Source: an uncultured Conexibacteraceae bacterium
GTDB taxonomy: Bacteria; Actinomycetota; Thermoleophilia; Solirubrobacterales; Solirubrobacteraceae
Assembly: GCA_963785385.1 (NCBI GenBank)
Contig: CAWAVA010000021.1
Location: forward strand, 84,368-148,367
Direction of reading: 5' to 3'
DNA length: 64,000 nucleotides
A model generated the notes under the pieces. That model ran no database searches and was not told the origin of the DNA. It was given only the letters and a program-made list of their open reading frames with translations. Made by a program: the position numbers and the translations under genes. This document shows, piece after piece, positions 8,621 to 19,888 of this stretch; position 1 is the stretch's first letter, and every line of letters begins with the position of its first letter.

Positions 8621-9475
8621 TTAGAGGAACGCTCCGCAGACCCATACGTCCTTGCGGTGGGTCATGAGGAACGAAAACGTCTGTCTGGTGGTCGCGTCTT
8701 TGACGGTTGCGGTGGCGGCGAACTCGCTGCCCGATAGCGGGCCGTAGGCGATCGCCACCAGTCGCACCGCACCGCTCCGAAGCCGGATGCCGGCAAGCGA
8801 GTCGGTGCCGTGTGTGATCGCCGCGCGGGCTGCGGCGGTCAGCGCCGCCGGGACCGCAGCCTCGCGGGCGTGGTAGCGGACGTAGTCGAGCGCGAACGCG
8901 CGAGCGGCCGCTGCCGCCACCGGCGCTGTGTGAACCGCGGCAGGTTTTGGCAGGTGCCGGTCTATGCCCAGGTCGACCGGCGTCAGGTTCGTGACCTGCC
9001 AGCGGTTCTGCTCGTAGAGCAGCTCCTCGGTAAGCGGGTATCGCTCGGAGCGGTCGGCCAGCACGATCGTCTCCTGGCCGCTGCAGCAGGTGCGCGCGAA
9101 GCCGTTGGTCGAGGCGATCCTCAGCTGCCCGTCACGCAGGTCCACCGGGATGTGCCCCTCGAGCGTCGCCTCACGTGTCACACGCGTGGTGCCGTACTTA
9201 GCAAGGCCGCGCGCGGGGCCTCCGTCGAGGTAGGTCGCGTAGGCGCGCGCGAACCGGTCAATCACCGTTTGCAGCATTGTGCGCTGACGGGCGCTGCCGG
9301 CCGCCGCCGGAACCGAGCTCGTGCCCGCCGTCGGGGCGGTTCCGGTCACGACGGGTGCGGTGGCCGTCGTCGCCGTGCTCACGCGCTGGGAACGGTGGGC
9401 CGTGAGCAGCGCACCGGCCGCAAAGCCGGCGGCCAGCAGCGCGGCGAGAATGATTGCCGCCCGCGTGTTGGTCAT
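8621..9475 (-). CDS. Secreted/membrane-anchored conjugation-associated protein
   Basis: Signal/TM segment, Thr/Ala linker, two similar domains; ATGA overlap with the upstream gene. Confidence 0.65.
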   Translation of the reverse strand: MTNTRAAIILAALLAAGFAAGALLTAHRSQRVSTATTATAPVVTGTAPTAGTSSVPAAAGSARQRTMLQTVIDRFARAYATYLDGGPARGLAKYGTTRVTREATLEGHIPVDLRDGQLRIASTNGFARTCCSGQETIVLADRSERYPLTEELLYEQNRWQVTNLTPVDLGIDRHLPKPAAVHTAPVAAAAARAFALDYVRYHAREAAVPAALTAAARAAITHGTDSLAGIRLRSGAVRLVAIAYGPLSGSEFAATATVKDATTRQTFSFLMTHRKDVWVCGAFL

Positions 9476-10686
9476 ATGCTCGCCCCGATGTGACGGGCGG
9501 TGAACGCACCGTCGTAGGCGAGCTCGAATCCGACCTGCGAGCCGGTTGCCCACCGCGGGCCGGTCGACGGCGCGCCCTTCGGCTCAACGGTGCTGGCGCC
9601 GTGCACAGTGTCGAGCACGATCCCCGCGACCTCGATGAACACGTGCCCGGTGTTCGCATACCACGTGACCCAGCCCTGCGGGTCCGCACCGGCCGCCCCG
9701 AGGCTCATCAGCTCACCGCTGGCCGGATCGGCGCCCTCAAGAATGCTTCTGCCATAGCCGCCGCCCCACAGCACATAGTCGGTCGCGCCTGAGCAGTCAT
9801 AGCCCGGCGTCCCGTTCTGCCCGGGTTCGCTACCGCCCTGCGGGTCAGGGCTCGTTTGGCTGTCTGACTCCGCTGGGTCGGCGTGCCCGCCACCCCACTG
9901 ATAGTCAAACGCCAGGATGCGGTCGCCGGCGTCGACCATCGCCTGCACGTCGACCGGCGCCTGCCGCGGCGGGCGCGCCAAGCCACTGGGCATGATCACT
10001 GCCGCCTTGCCCGGCACCGGCGCGACGTCGAGGACCTGCTGCGGGCAGGTCGAAGCAGCCTGGCTCGACACGTCCTCGCTGCTCGATGGCGTGGCGGGCG
10101 TCCAGTCCGGCTGTGTAGAGCTGCCCCAGGCCGCTGCGATATCGCCAGCGAGGTCGCTGACGCCGTTTATCCCGAGGTAGCGCTCCGCGTCGGTCTCGAC
10201 CTCGCTGACATACCAGCTCGCGTGGTTGTAGGCGAAGATCGCGGTCGACCAGTTCTTGGGGGCGCCGTTTGCGTGAAGGTCCGCCGCGGCCGCGTAGATC
10301 GCGTCCTGCGGATCGTCCGGATCGGCTGGCGGGTCCGGTGTCGCGTCGGTGTAGGCGGCGTACTCGATGTAGGTCGACGGTTCGAACTGCATCCAGCCGA
10401 GCGCACCGGCGGAGCTTGCGGCCATGTTGGTGCCGAACCAGGTTTCGATCTTGTTGATCGCGGCCAAGTAGGCGTACCCGTCCTCGCCGAGGTGGAACTG
10501 CCTGGCGGCACCCACGTAGTACTGGGTCAGTGGCGGCTGCCCGGCCGCGCCCGGCCCGGCCTGCTGACAGCCGCTCGCATAGCCTGCGCTGCTGCCGCCG
10601 CCGAGCAACAGCAGCCCGAACACCAGCCCCAGTACGATCGCGAATGGGGCGGCGAGCGCAGCGATCAGCGTGCTGTTACGGTTCAT
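9472..10686 (-). CDS. Conjugative peptidoglycan hydrolase: lytic transglycosylase + NlpC/P60 (VirB1-like)
   Basis: N-terminal TM; INKIET, GWMQF, AYNHA (SLT); YQWGGGH, YDCSG, HVF (NlpC/P60). Confidence 0.85.
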   Translation of the reverse strand: MNRNSTLIAALAAPFAIVLGLVFGLLLLGGGSSAGYASGCQQAGPGAAGQPPLTQYYVGAARQFHLGEDGYAYLAAINKIETWFGTNMAASSAGALGWMQFEPSTYIEYAAYTDATPDPPADPDDPQDAIYAAAADLHANGAPKNWSTAIFAYNHASWYVSEVETDAERYLGINGVSDLAGDIAAAWGSSTQPDWTPATPSSSEDVSSQAASTCPQQVLDVAPVPGKAAVIMPSGLARPPRQAPVDVQAMVDAGDRILAFDYQWGGGHADPAESDSQTSPDPQGGSEPGQNGTPGYDCSGATDYVLWGGGYGRSILEGADPASGELMSLGAAGADPQGWVTWYANTGHVFIEVAGIVLDTVHGASTVEPKGAPSTGPRWATGSQVGFELAYDGAFTARHIGASI

Positions 10687-11495
10687 CGCTGCTGGTCCTT
10701 CCCGGTCCACGGGACCGCCTGCACCGCGGCCAGCCCGCGGCGGCCGTTGGCTGCCGGTTTCGGGTCGGCGTACTGCAACCCAGCGCGGTCATACAGCCTG
10801 ACCATGTGCCTCAGGTCCGGGATGTCCTGGAGCGGCCACGGTTCGATCGGGTGCGCGGAGTGCTTCTTCAATGTGCAACCGGCCATCGGGCCGTTGCTGC
10901 TCATCAGCACACCCATGTGTGGGTCCAGGTAGTCCTTGACCCACACGGCGGTGCCGGTGCCCGGCTTCAGGCGCATGAACTCCCAGGACTTCCACAATGC
11001 GTCCAGGCGGTAGTACGCCTCCGGGTGACGCCACCACTGCACACAGAACGTCGTTGAGCGGCCGTCGAGCTCGCGGCGAAACAACGGCAACATCCACCTG
11101 GTCACCCAGTCGTTCAGCGTCGTGAAGATCGGGTCGGTGTCCGGTTGGCTGGCGGGCTTGCGGCGGGCGCGCTGGTCCTCGCCGCGGGTTTCGTTCTCGA
11201 CACGTTGAAGCTCCTGGCGGAGGTTGAAGTTGATCTCGCGCACGTTGTCTTTCTCAACCAGCAGCTCGTCCAGCTCGCGGCGGGCGTCCTCGAGCTCGAC
11301 GCGAAGCTCGGCGTTCTCGATTCGCAGTTCGGTCTCGTCGACGTGTACCTGGTCAGTGCTCTCGCCGTCATAGCCCGGCTCGCAGGCTTCGTAATCGAAC
11401 CCGTCCGGCTCATCGCCTGGGACCGCCGGCCGGTCGGCCGCCCGCTCTCGCTCGTGCTCGGGGGCCCCTAGGTCGGTGCCGAGCATGTCGCTCAT
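10683..11495 (-). CDS. DUF4913 domain protein with coiled-coil N-terminus
   Basis: FCVQWWRHPEAYYRLDALWKSWE...DPHMGVLMSSNGPMAGC; typical position downstream of VirD4. Confidence 0.75.
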   Translation of the reverse strand: MSDMLGTDLGAPEHERERAADRPAVPGDEPDGFDYEACEPGYDGESTDQVHVDETELRIENAELRVELEDARRELDELLVEKDNVREINFNLRQELQRVENETRGEDQRARRKPASQPDTDPIFTTLNDWVTRWMLPLFRRELDGRSTTFCVQWWRHPEAYYRLDALWKSWEFMRLKPGTGTAVWVKDYLDPHMGVLMSSNGPMAGCTLKKHSAHPIEPWPLQDIPDLRHMVRLYDRAGLQYADPKPAANGRRGLAAVQAVPWTGKDQQR

Positions 11496-13358
11496 CCCTT
11501 CGCTCCTGCGGGGACGTGCGGGTCGCGGCGAACGTCGTTGGACGGGTCGTGCGCCTTGTTTGACGCGATGATCGCCTGTGCGATCAGCCACCGCTCACGG
11601 TCGATGAACCGGCCGAGCAGACGCCCGCCGCGGACAATCATCCACGGCTGTGCCTTTGCCAGCACGGGCCGGCCGAGGGACGGGATGATGATCTCGCGGC
11701 CGCGAGGGATCGCCGCCAAGTCGCTGACGTCAAGGATCCTCTCGCGACGCGTCGATAGCTGACGCCCGGCACCGGTCTTTCCGCCGGAGCTGGTCGTGCG
11801 GGCGTACAGGTCGAAGTCGCCGACGATCTTCGACAGCGACTCGAGAAACTCAGGGTCGGCGGAGCCGCCGCCGTAGATACGGACGTTGGCGGCGTTCCAA
11901 AGCTTGCTGAGACCGTCCTTGCCCCACACCTCGACGCCTTGGGACCAGGACTGAAGGATCGTGTGCAGGCATACGCCACGGGAGCCGTAGTGGCTGTAGA
12001 GGTCCGGCAGAGCACCCCAGCGGCAGACGTTCGCGGCCTCGTCCAGCACCGACCACCAACGGCACGCGCAGACGGCCCCTGGGGTTGCGTTTGGCGACAT
12101 CCTCTGCCGCTTCGCACACGGCCATTGTCAGCGCGGTGACCAGCGGCCCGGCGCCGCCTTTGCCCTCTTTGGAGAGCGAGTAGAGCGTGTCGCCGTGCCC
12201 CTCCCTGTCTGACTCGACGAAGTCGTAGGGGTTGAACTCGCGGACCCGGGTGGGGAGTTGGCGTGGGGTGCCGTCCGGCAGGGTCTTTGGCCACTCCGCC
12301 GGCGGTGTGACCCACTCCATCGCCTCGCGGTTGAGCATGAACGAGCAGAAGTTCATCGCACTTGAGAACACGCCTGAGCGTTCCTTGTCGGCGGCGTGGA
12401 TCTTTGAGTGCAGGTCCGCGGCGAACAGCTCGTAGCCCTGCTTCTCGAGGATCTTCACCGCCTCCGCATCGGTCTGCGCTGACAGCCACAGAAACACCTG
12501 TGAGAGCGAGCGGCCGTCCAGTGCGGCGCCCATCAGCAGCAGCGCGACGAGCATCTCGCCCGCCGGGTCGAAGAACCCGTCCGGTTTCGCGCCGGCCGGC
12601 CGCGATGCTGTGGCGAACACGTCGGCGAGCTCCAGCGCATGCCGCTCCGAGCGCACGTAGCTGAGCACGGGCCACCACCAGGTCACCGGCTCCCCGGCGA
12701 TGCCCTGCGGGTCAAACACCCATGTGCGGCCGGTCGCGGCCGCACGACCACCATGCTCGCGCAGATCGCGGGTGGCATCGACGAGATCACGCTTGTTGGA
12801 GGTGGCGATCACCGGGCCGGGCGCCGTGATGATCAACGGAATCCCGAACCCGGCCGTCTTGCCGGTCCGCGGCCCAGCGATCCTCGCGGTACAGGCCTCA
12901 AAGTCGCTGTAAAGCCGCATCCCACCGGTGACCGTGCGCGCGAGCGGCAGCCCCGGTGTCTTGAGCTTGAACGCCTTCGCCTTCCCTCGGGCCTCCTTGA
13001 GCGTCAGCGGCGCGATCGACCGCCCCTGGCCCATGTGCCGCGCGGCGCGGTCGATGTGCCCATCCCGACGCAGCCACCACGACCATCCAGCAGCGATCGC
13101 GGCGCAGCAGGCGCCCACGATCATCGCGGCGATCGCTGTCGCGCACCTCGACCAGCGCACTCTGTGCTTGCCGATGTCAAGTGCGAGCTGGACCGGGTTC
13201 CAGGTCAGCTTGCCCGGCGTGCCACCTAACAGCTCTGCCGCGTGTGCGGCGCCGACCAGCGCGACTGCCGCGAGGGCAAGCAGTCCGCACCCGGCCGCCC
13301 ACAGCTGTGCGCCCGGATCGAGCCAGGGGCCGTGTGAGCGGCGACTGAGGCTACTCAT
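11492..13358 (-). CDS. virD4: Type IV coupling protein VirD4/TraG (frameshift near 12050)
   Basis: N-terminal TMs; Walker A GPRTGKT, TSNKRD, VFDPQ; Walker B LDEAAN; HYGSRG..LQSWSQ. Confidence 0.85.
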
Positions 13359-13557
13359 CGCGCCCGAACCCCGGTCCTTCGGTCCATAGCAGCCCGCACG
13401 CGCGGAGATCTGTGATCAGCCGGTCGGCCCCAGCATCGAGGCCGCGCTGCGAATCGCTAACGTGGCGCGGCGTCGCGACCGGCGACACGGGGGCGAGCGC
13501 CGGTCGCGACGCGACGATGTCGGCGGACGCTTCGCTCTGGTTGGGTTTCAGCGTCAT
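13351..13557 (-). CDS. Small hypothetical protein
   Basis: Overlaps both neighbours in the operon. Confidence 0.4.
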   Translation of the reverse strand: MTLKPNQSEASADIVASRPALAPVSPVATPRHVSDSQRGLDAGADRLITDLRACGLLWTEGPGFGRDE

Positions 13558-13841
13558 GCTGCCGTCTCAAGCTCGATGTTGAGGAGCGTGGAGGCCATCG
13601 GCACCGAACCCGTGGTGTGGGCTTGCTCGAGGTAGTCGACGACAAGCGCCTCAAGCGCAGTGTCGCCCTCCCGGATCGGGAGTTGCTCGACCCGGTAGTA
13701 CACGCCCTGCCTTGTGGGTGTGGCGGGTTCGTCGGTCACGTAGATGACCTCGCCCTTCCGCCGCGCGTACAGGATCCGTGCACCCGCCGGGGTGCTGTAA
13801 CGGCCCAGCACCTCGGTGCGGGTCCGAGCTGTGGTGTTCAT
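13554..13841 (-). CDS. Small hypothetical protein
   Basis: 95 aa, ATGA-coupled to VirB4; natural composition (LGRY...RILY...LEALVVDY). Confidence 0.6.
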   Translation of the reverse strand: MNTTARTRTEVLGRYSTPAGARILYARRKGEVIYVTDEPATPTRQGVYYRVEQLPIREGDTALEALVVDYLEQAHTTGSVPMASTLLNIELETAA

Positions 13842-15405
13842 TGTGCGTCCTCCTGACGCTCGCTGTTGGCAGCGCTGGCGTCATGCCAGAGCCTGTTGGT
13901 GTCGTTGATCCCGGCCTCTGCGGCGGTTAGCTGCACCTGCAGCGGGATGCCGGGCCGGCCGCCGACCTTGATCAGGAACTTGCCGCGGCCTGGTGGTGGG
14001 CTACCGGCGTCGGTGTTGGTCCAGGCGGGTGGGTCCTGCCAGCCGGCGACCATGTTGATCTCGGTCTCTCCCATCGGAACGATCGGGGTAGAGCCGCTCC
14101 TGCATCTCCTTGCGCGGCAGCCCGCCCAGCACGACGATCCCGGCGCGCTCGACGAACCCGCGCGCCTTCGCGCTGTCGGCACGGTCGGGCAGCACGAGGT
14201 CCTCATCGTGTGGGTGCAGAAGATCGTTCCGTAACCCGCCTGACGGTTCAGGCGGGTGGTCATGTCGACGCGGTCGACCATCCCGGCACCGGCCTTCAGC
14301 GGTCGGTGCAGCTCGTCGATCGCCGCGGCGTAGTGGCGGCGGGGCTCAAGGCGGCACGTCGGCCATCACCTGCGAGATCCCGATGCCGCGAAATCCGGTT
14401 GACCAGCACGACACCAGCGCCGCGGCCTGAAGCGTCTTGTCGCCGTCCTCGATCGAGGAGATGTCGAACACGACGCCACGGTCACGGCGCATCTGCACCG
14501 TCGAGCGCCGGCTGAAGATCTCCCCGAGACGGCCGGCGCCCATCAACCCCCGCAGCGAGACGAGCAGGTTCTCGGTGTTATCCAGGTAGCGGGTCTCATC
14601 GCCGCGGTCCATCGCTACCGCGCGCAGCCGCTCGGGGCGTTCGCTGATCACCGCGCACGACATCCTCTAGGACAGGGACCTCGACGCGGCTCGTCGAGGA
14701 TCTCCAATGCGACCGCGAGGATCGCCGTCTCCCGGTCGCTGACCCTGCCGCGGCGGCCGAGCTCGACCAGCATCTCAAGCACGTTCTGCCGGCGACCGCG
14801 AGCGTCTGCGATCACCTCGGCCGCCTCCTTTCGAAACCCATTGGCGGCCAGGCGCTCGGCCGCGGCCTTCGCGTCTGCTGATGTCGAGCACGTTACAGTA
14901 GCCGCGCCCACGCCCGAGGCGGATCACCTGCCCGTCGATCGCCTCGATCAGATCGACGTAGTCGGGCTTGCAGGTCGCCGAGCACCATCGGCAGCACCCC
15001 GAACCCCGCGAGGCCGAGCAGCTGGCGGCGGATGAACGTCGACTTCCCAAGCCCGGGCCGGCCGAGGATGAACTCGCTCGGGTTCAGGATCAGGCGGCGC
15101 GTACTGAAACCAGGAGATCGGGTCACAGCAGACCGTCGCCCCGGACAGCAGCGAGCGGCCGATCGGCACGCCGATCATCGGTGTTCCGGTCCCGGCGGCG
15201 AACGGCCACAGTCCGCACACCTGGAAACTGGAGCCGCGCCACTCCAAGCGGCGCCTGAACCAGCAGCGACCGGCCGCCACCCGGACCGAACCAGCCACGC
15301 TGGTCCGGCTCGCTCAACCGGGTCACGCCGAGCGAACTCCCTGTCCTTCTTGCGGATCGCACGTCCTCGTGCGCGAGCGCGCGGCTGGCGTGTCAGGACG
15401 CTCAT
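13838..15405 (-). CDS. virB4: VirB4-like conjugative ATPase (several frameshifts)
   Basis: GLWPF..G...IGVPIG, CCDPISWF, Walker A GRPGLGKST, KPDY, IDELH, TRLNR..G, GRGKFLIKVG spread across frames. Confidence 0.8.
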
Positions 15406-16903
15406 CGACTTGCCGCCCTGACCTGACGCGGGACGCGCAGGTACTCGGGGAGCACGATCCCGAGCGGCAGGTTCGCCGACGAATGCCGAGTCCTGCGAGC
15501 CGTAGACAGCGGCGCAGTTGCAGGCGTGCGGTCGCGGCGAGGTTCTCGACGGTCGCCTCGGCGTGCTTGCGTGCCTCTGGGTCATCGCCCGGCACCGTCG
15601 CGGTGACGAGCAGCGCGAAGTCCGTGATCGCGGCGCCGCGGGTCTGCTCCCTTGCGGTCTGGTTGCCGCCTTATCCATCTCGGCCTTGACCCGCTCGGAC
15701 GGGTTCTTCGCGTTGCGGGCGTTCCAGCCAGCGTTGCGCTTGTCAGCCTCGACCGCGCGCGCCGCGGTACCCGAGTCCATCAGCCGGTACACGAGAGTGA
15801 CGCGCTTGCGTGGCACTGAGCGATGAGGCTCGAGCAGCTTCTTGAGGATGTTGGAGTGGACCTCCCCGAGCGGCTCCCGGGTCATGCTCCATGTCACGCT
15901 GATCGCACCGTCGTGCCTGTAGGCAGTCCCAGCTCGTCTCATGCCCAGCGGGGCCGACATCCGACCAGCGCAGCGGCGTGACGATCCCTGCGAGGTTGTT
16001 GCGCTCGATCAGCTCCGCCGCTCCCGGGTCATATGCGGCGCGTGTCAGCTCGCACAGCTGCTGTCCGCTCAGCGGCCGGGCGCCGCCGACGCCGGTGCCG
16101 TGGAACTGCTCGCCGAGACCGCGTAACCGCGGTCGGATGCTGGTCGGCGAACTCGTCGACGTTCAGCTGCGGCCGTGGAGGCTTGAGTCGAACACCAATC
16201 GTCACCCATGCCTTGACCTCGTTGCCGCCGTGCGCGCCGTTGGCGACCTCTCGCAGCACCTGTGCGGCCAGGGCTGGGGCAGCGGGGGCGACGCGTGCCG
16301 CGACGTGGTCCCGCAGTCGGTTGCCGGTGTCTGGCACGGTCTCCTGATCGTGACGATCGCGGCGACCAGGCCCGGTTCGTCGGCGAGGCTTGAGAGCACC
16401 AGGCCGTAGCGGTCGACCCATACGTCCTGCTGGTCCTCATCGACCAGCGAGGAGCCCTCCGGCTCGACCGCGAACACGATCGAGTAGTGCCCGCGGGTCG
16501 GCAGCTCCAAGACCGCGAACGGGCGGTTCCAGCCGTCCAGGTATTCGCTCAGCTTCGTGTTCGCCAACAGGCCGGGCAGCTGGTGGGTGCCCCACCGCGC
16601 CTTCCCAAGCGGACCGGAGCGGTACTGGCTATTGCCGGCCGATCGCGTCTGCCACCACGCCAGGCGGATGAACAGGCGCTGCACACCGTTCTGGCGTGTC
16701 GTGGGGTTCTTGGCCACCAGCAGCGCGATCATCGGGAGGCTCGAAAAGCACAGTGCGGCGCCCGCGAGGATGCCGTCGAGCATGATCGCGAAGATCGTGA
16801 CCAGCACCGCCGCTATCAGCACGCCGGTACCCAATAGATCCAGGCCGAACAGGCCGGGTGACTTCGGCAACTGCCAGTTGCCGTAGGTCGGGGGCTTGTC
16901 CAT
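15402..16903 (-). CDS. SCO6880 family (PrgI/VirB3-like) conjugation protein (frameshifted)
   Basis: TYGNW..PKSPGLFGL, two TMs, YRSGPL, YRHDGA.SVTW, KRVTLVYR. Confidence 0.75.
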
Positions 16904-16912
16904 GTCGGTCGC

Positions 16913-18163
16913 TCACGACTCGCCACCTGCTTCGGACGGAACCGTGCCGCTGATCGCGCCGGCGGCCGCCGCGCCTGAAGCCATGCCGGTCGCGCTGCTG
17001 CCCAGACTGCTAGCGAGCATGCCGTCGCTACCCGATCCCGATCCGCTCGGGCTCCCGGCTCCGCCGTCGCCGCCGGGGGTGCCCGCGCCGCTGCCGTCCG
17101 GCGAGCCGGCGCCGCCCGCGAGACCCGGCGCCCCCGACGGACCCGCACTATTGCCCGACCCGCCCGAGGCGGCGCTTGACACGCCCGCGCCCATCGCCGT
17201 CAGCGAGCCGGTCGGCAGCATCGCCGCGGCGGCGAACCCGGCGGTCGCGCCGAGCATCATGCCTGCGCCGCCGCCTGCGATACCCGCGGTCATGGGGGAG
17301 ACGAACCGCATGAGCGCCGGCAGCGCGAGCACGGCGAGGAACATCAGCGTCATGCCTGTGAACACGTTCAGCATCGCGTCACCCTGGGCGTTGCTCATCA
17401 GCTGAAACGCGGTCGCGTACACGATTGCCGCTGCGGGCTTATAGAGCGTGAACGCGACCAGCCATGCCGTTGCCTTCTTTGACCATTGCCTGCCGGCGTC
17501 GGTGGTGAAGAACGCGAAGCACAGGGGCAGGGTCCCGGTGAGGATCACCAACATGCCGCCGCGGACGATCATCAAAAAGCACTGGATGATCGAGGCCAGC
17601 AGCCCAAAGACGACCAGGATGATATAGAGCATCACCGCACCGCCCCACACGGCCGACCCGGACGCCGGGAACACCAGCGCCATCTTCGCCGCGAATGCTG
17701 TCCCTAGCTTTGCGGTGTCGGTGATGTTCAGCGAGCTCTCAAGAATCCAGGTTGAGAAGCTGTCGCTGACCGACACCATCAGCGAGATCACCGTCAGCCC
17801 CATGCCGCTGACCGCGATGAACGTCAGCATGCCCTTCACGACCTCGGCGCCGGACCCGCCGAAGCGTTGCTCCCATGCCATCTTCCCCAGGCCCACCAGC
17901 ACGCTGAACACCACAGCCGCATAGATGAAGTACTGAAGGTGCGACTGCAGGTACCCGACCGGCGCCGACGCCGTGGTCCCACCTACCGTGCTCGCCAGGT
18001 CAGGTGTCGGGACCGACACCCAGAAGGTGGCGGAGAACTTGAGGATGGGCGACAGCGCCGCGTTCAGCGCGTCCGCGATGACGTCCAGGATGTCGGTAGC
18101 GGCGCCCGAGAAGACGCCGGTCAGAATCCCCGCCATCGCGATCACGAGTTCACCGCCGACCAC
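16913..18163 (-). CDS. TrbL/VirB6-like polytopic membrane protein
   Basis: Multiple TMs, YKPAAA motif, Gly/Ser/Ala-rich tail. Confidence 0.8.
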   Translation of the reverse strand: MVGGELVIAMAGILTGVFSGAATDILDVIADALNAALSPILKFSATFWVSVPTPDLASTVGGTTASAPVGYLQSHLQYFIYAAVVFSVLVGLGKMAWEQRFGGSGAEVVKGMLTFIAVSGMGLTVISLMVSVSDSFSTWILESSLNITDTAKLGTAFAAKMALVFPASGSAVWGGAVMLYIILVVFGLLASIIQCFLMIVRGGMLVILTGTLPLCFAFFTTDAGRQWSKKATAWLVAFTLYKPAAAIVYATAFQLMSNAQGDAMLNVFTGMTLMFLAVLALPALMRFVSPMTAGIAGGGAGMMLGATAGFAAAAMLPTGSLTAMGAGVSSAASGGSGNSAGPSGAPGLAGGAGSPDGSGAGTPGGDGGAGSPSGSGSGSDGMLASSLGSSATGMASGAAAAGAISGTVPSEAGGES

Positions 18164-18903
18164 GCCACAAAGCCGTTCATGCTGCTCACGACGCTCGCGC
18201 CGAGCTGCTGGCTCGCCGGGATCACAAACCGCCAGTCACCGCGCTGCCACTCAAGCGAGCACGGCAGCGCTGCAAGCTCTCCGGAAGGGCCGGCGAGCAC
18301 CAGCGTGATGCTCGCCAGCGCCGGCGTGTAGTCGCCGTACTGAAACCCGGCGATCGACACCGTGCCCGGGTCGCCGTCCTCGGCCTGCAGCAGCTGCGTG
18401 TCGCCCTGTGACCGCGCGAGCGCCACCGCCCGTGCCGGAGTGTCGGCGGCGAGCTGCTGGTAGAGCTCCGTCTGCGGCACGCGTGTGGCCTCGGCAAAGA
18501 ACGACGCCAGCGCGTACAACGCCCCCGTCGGGTTGTGCGCAAAACACACCCGCACCCCATCCTTCATGTTCCCGGGGCCGAACGACCGCGGCGCGGTCGG
18601 CGCCGCCATCGCCCCGACAAGCGTCCAACTCGACTCGGGCGCCGTCACCGGCACGGTCTGGTTGCCCGGCGGAAGAGTGCAGCCTCGCCGGTCCTCGGGA
18701 CGGGCGGCCGTGGAGCCCGTGGCATGTGTCGACGCCGCGTTACGAACACGGGCCGCCTGCGCTGCCGGGGCTCGGTTCTCGTGATCGCCCAGGTGGCTGG
18801 TCACAGCGATCGCCGCTGCGGCGACGATCAGCATCAACACGCCGATAGTCGAGGCCACAAATCCCAACGAGCCAAACCGCGACGCCGTCTCGTCGCTGCG
18901 CAT
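18142..18903 (-). CDS. Membrane-anchored conjugation protein
   Basis: N-terminal TM; FGPG..CFAHNPTGAL and LEWQRGDW patterns seen in actinobacterial T4SS loci. Confidence 0.65.
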   Translation of the reverse strand: MRSDETASRFGSLGFVASTIGVLMLIVAAAAIAVTSHLGDHENRAPAAQAARVRNAASTHATGSTAARPEDRRGCTLPPGNQTVPVTAPESSWTLVGAMAAPTAPRSFGPGNMKDGVRVCFAHNPTGALYALASFFAEATRVPQTELYQQLAADTPARAVALARSQGDTQLLQAEDGDPGTVSIAGFQYGDYTPALASITLVLAGPSGELAALPCSLEWQRGDWRFVIPASQQLGASVVSSMNGFVAWSAVNS

Positions 18904-19292
18904 CACGCGATCCCGCCGACGAGCTGTCCAACCGACCCCGCGCACGCAGCAACGAACAGACAGACTCCCAGCGCCGGGACGTACTCGGTGGCCGAGCGGC
19001 CGCCGTGGTGGGCGCTGGCCATCTTCGCCAAGACACCGAGCACCCCGACCACAGCCAGGATCAGCACACCCGTGACGCAGTAATCCAACGCGGTTGTGAG
19101 CTCGGTGCTCACATCGCCCGGTAGCGCCTTCGCGCTCGGGGTCGGCACACCCGTAGCCGCGGACGCGACCCCAGCTCCCGTGACCAGCACGGCAGCGGGT
19201 GTAAGAGTCGCGATCTGTGCGAGCTTCCGGCTCGCGATATTGGCGGCGTCGATCACGCGTGCTGGCTTGGTCAGCATCCAGTTGAACATCAC
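18903..19292 (-). CDS. Pilin-like (VirB2/TrbC-type) protein
   Basis: Signal region plus two hydrophobic helices; located near the start of the T4SS operon. Confidence 0.6.
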   Translation of the reverse strand: MMFNWMLTKPARVIDAANIASRKLAQIATLTPAAVLVTGAGVASAATGVPTPSAKALPGDVSTELTTALDYCVTGVLILAVVGVLGVLAKMASAHHGGRSATEYVPALGVCLFVAACAGSVGQLVGGIA

Positions 19293-19888
19293 TTCCCTGC
19301 CTTTCTCGCCGCCTCCAGCGCGGCGGTCAAGCCCACGCGCAACGCATGGGCCTCCTTGGGGCAGTTAGCTGGCGAGGGGACCTCGCCAGCCGCCCACGCC
19401 TCCACCCATGGCAGCCGCCACACGTGATCGGTGGCGGCCTCAAGGTGGCGCGCGAACGCTTCAAGAGATTTCGGGAGCCGGCCCGGGCGATCGGCGATTA
19501 GCACCAGCCCAAGCGGCATCGCAACGCGGTCGCGCAACCCAGCCGCATCCCACTGACCGGCGACATGCATCACCGCCGTCATGCCCCAAAAGTTCGTGCG
19601 AGCACAAAGCACAACACGCGAGCGCGCGAGCGCCCGCGAGCTGACCGGCCACTGATGGTTCGCCGCAGCGAACCCGGCAAACAACGCCGTCAGGGTGCTC
19701 TCCCCGGCGCCGCCATGAACGCCGAGGAACCAACACCGCGCCAGTCCCTCCGCGCCCGTGATTTGGCGGAGGGGGAGCGCCCCGCTCGTTGACCTACATC
19801 CGTGCAGGTCAAACGAGCCGGCCGCCGAGACGAACCCCACTGCTGCGCCATCGATGGCGTCCATATGAGCGATCGTCCTTGAGCCCAT
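19289..19888 (-). CDS. DUF6668-like degenerate P-loop protein, first gene of the transfer operon
   Basis: GVHGGAGESTL, VLCART, GLVLIAD.PGRLP, LPWVEAW. Confidence 0.65.
   Translation of the reverse strand: MGSRTIAHMDAIDGAAVGFVSAAGSFDLHGCRSTSGALPLRQITGAEGLARCWFLGVHGGAGESTLTALFAGFAAANHQWPVSSRALARSRVVLCARTNFWGMTAVMHVAGQWDAAGLRDRVAMPLGLVLIADRPGRLPKSLEAFARHLEAATDHVWRLPWVEAWAAGEVPSPANCPKEAHALRVGLTAALEAARKAGK

Noticed and set aside
16920-17290. GC-rich quasi-repeats
   Set aside because: Explained by the Gly/Ser/Ala low-complexity tail of VirB6/TrbL.
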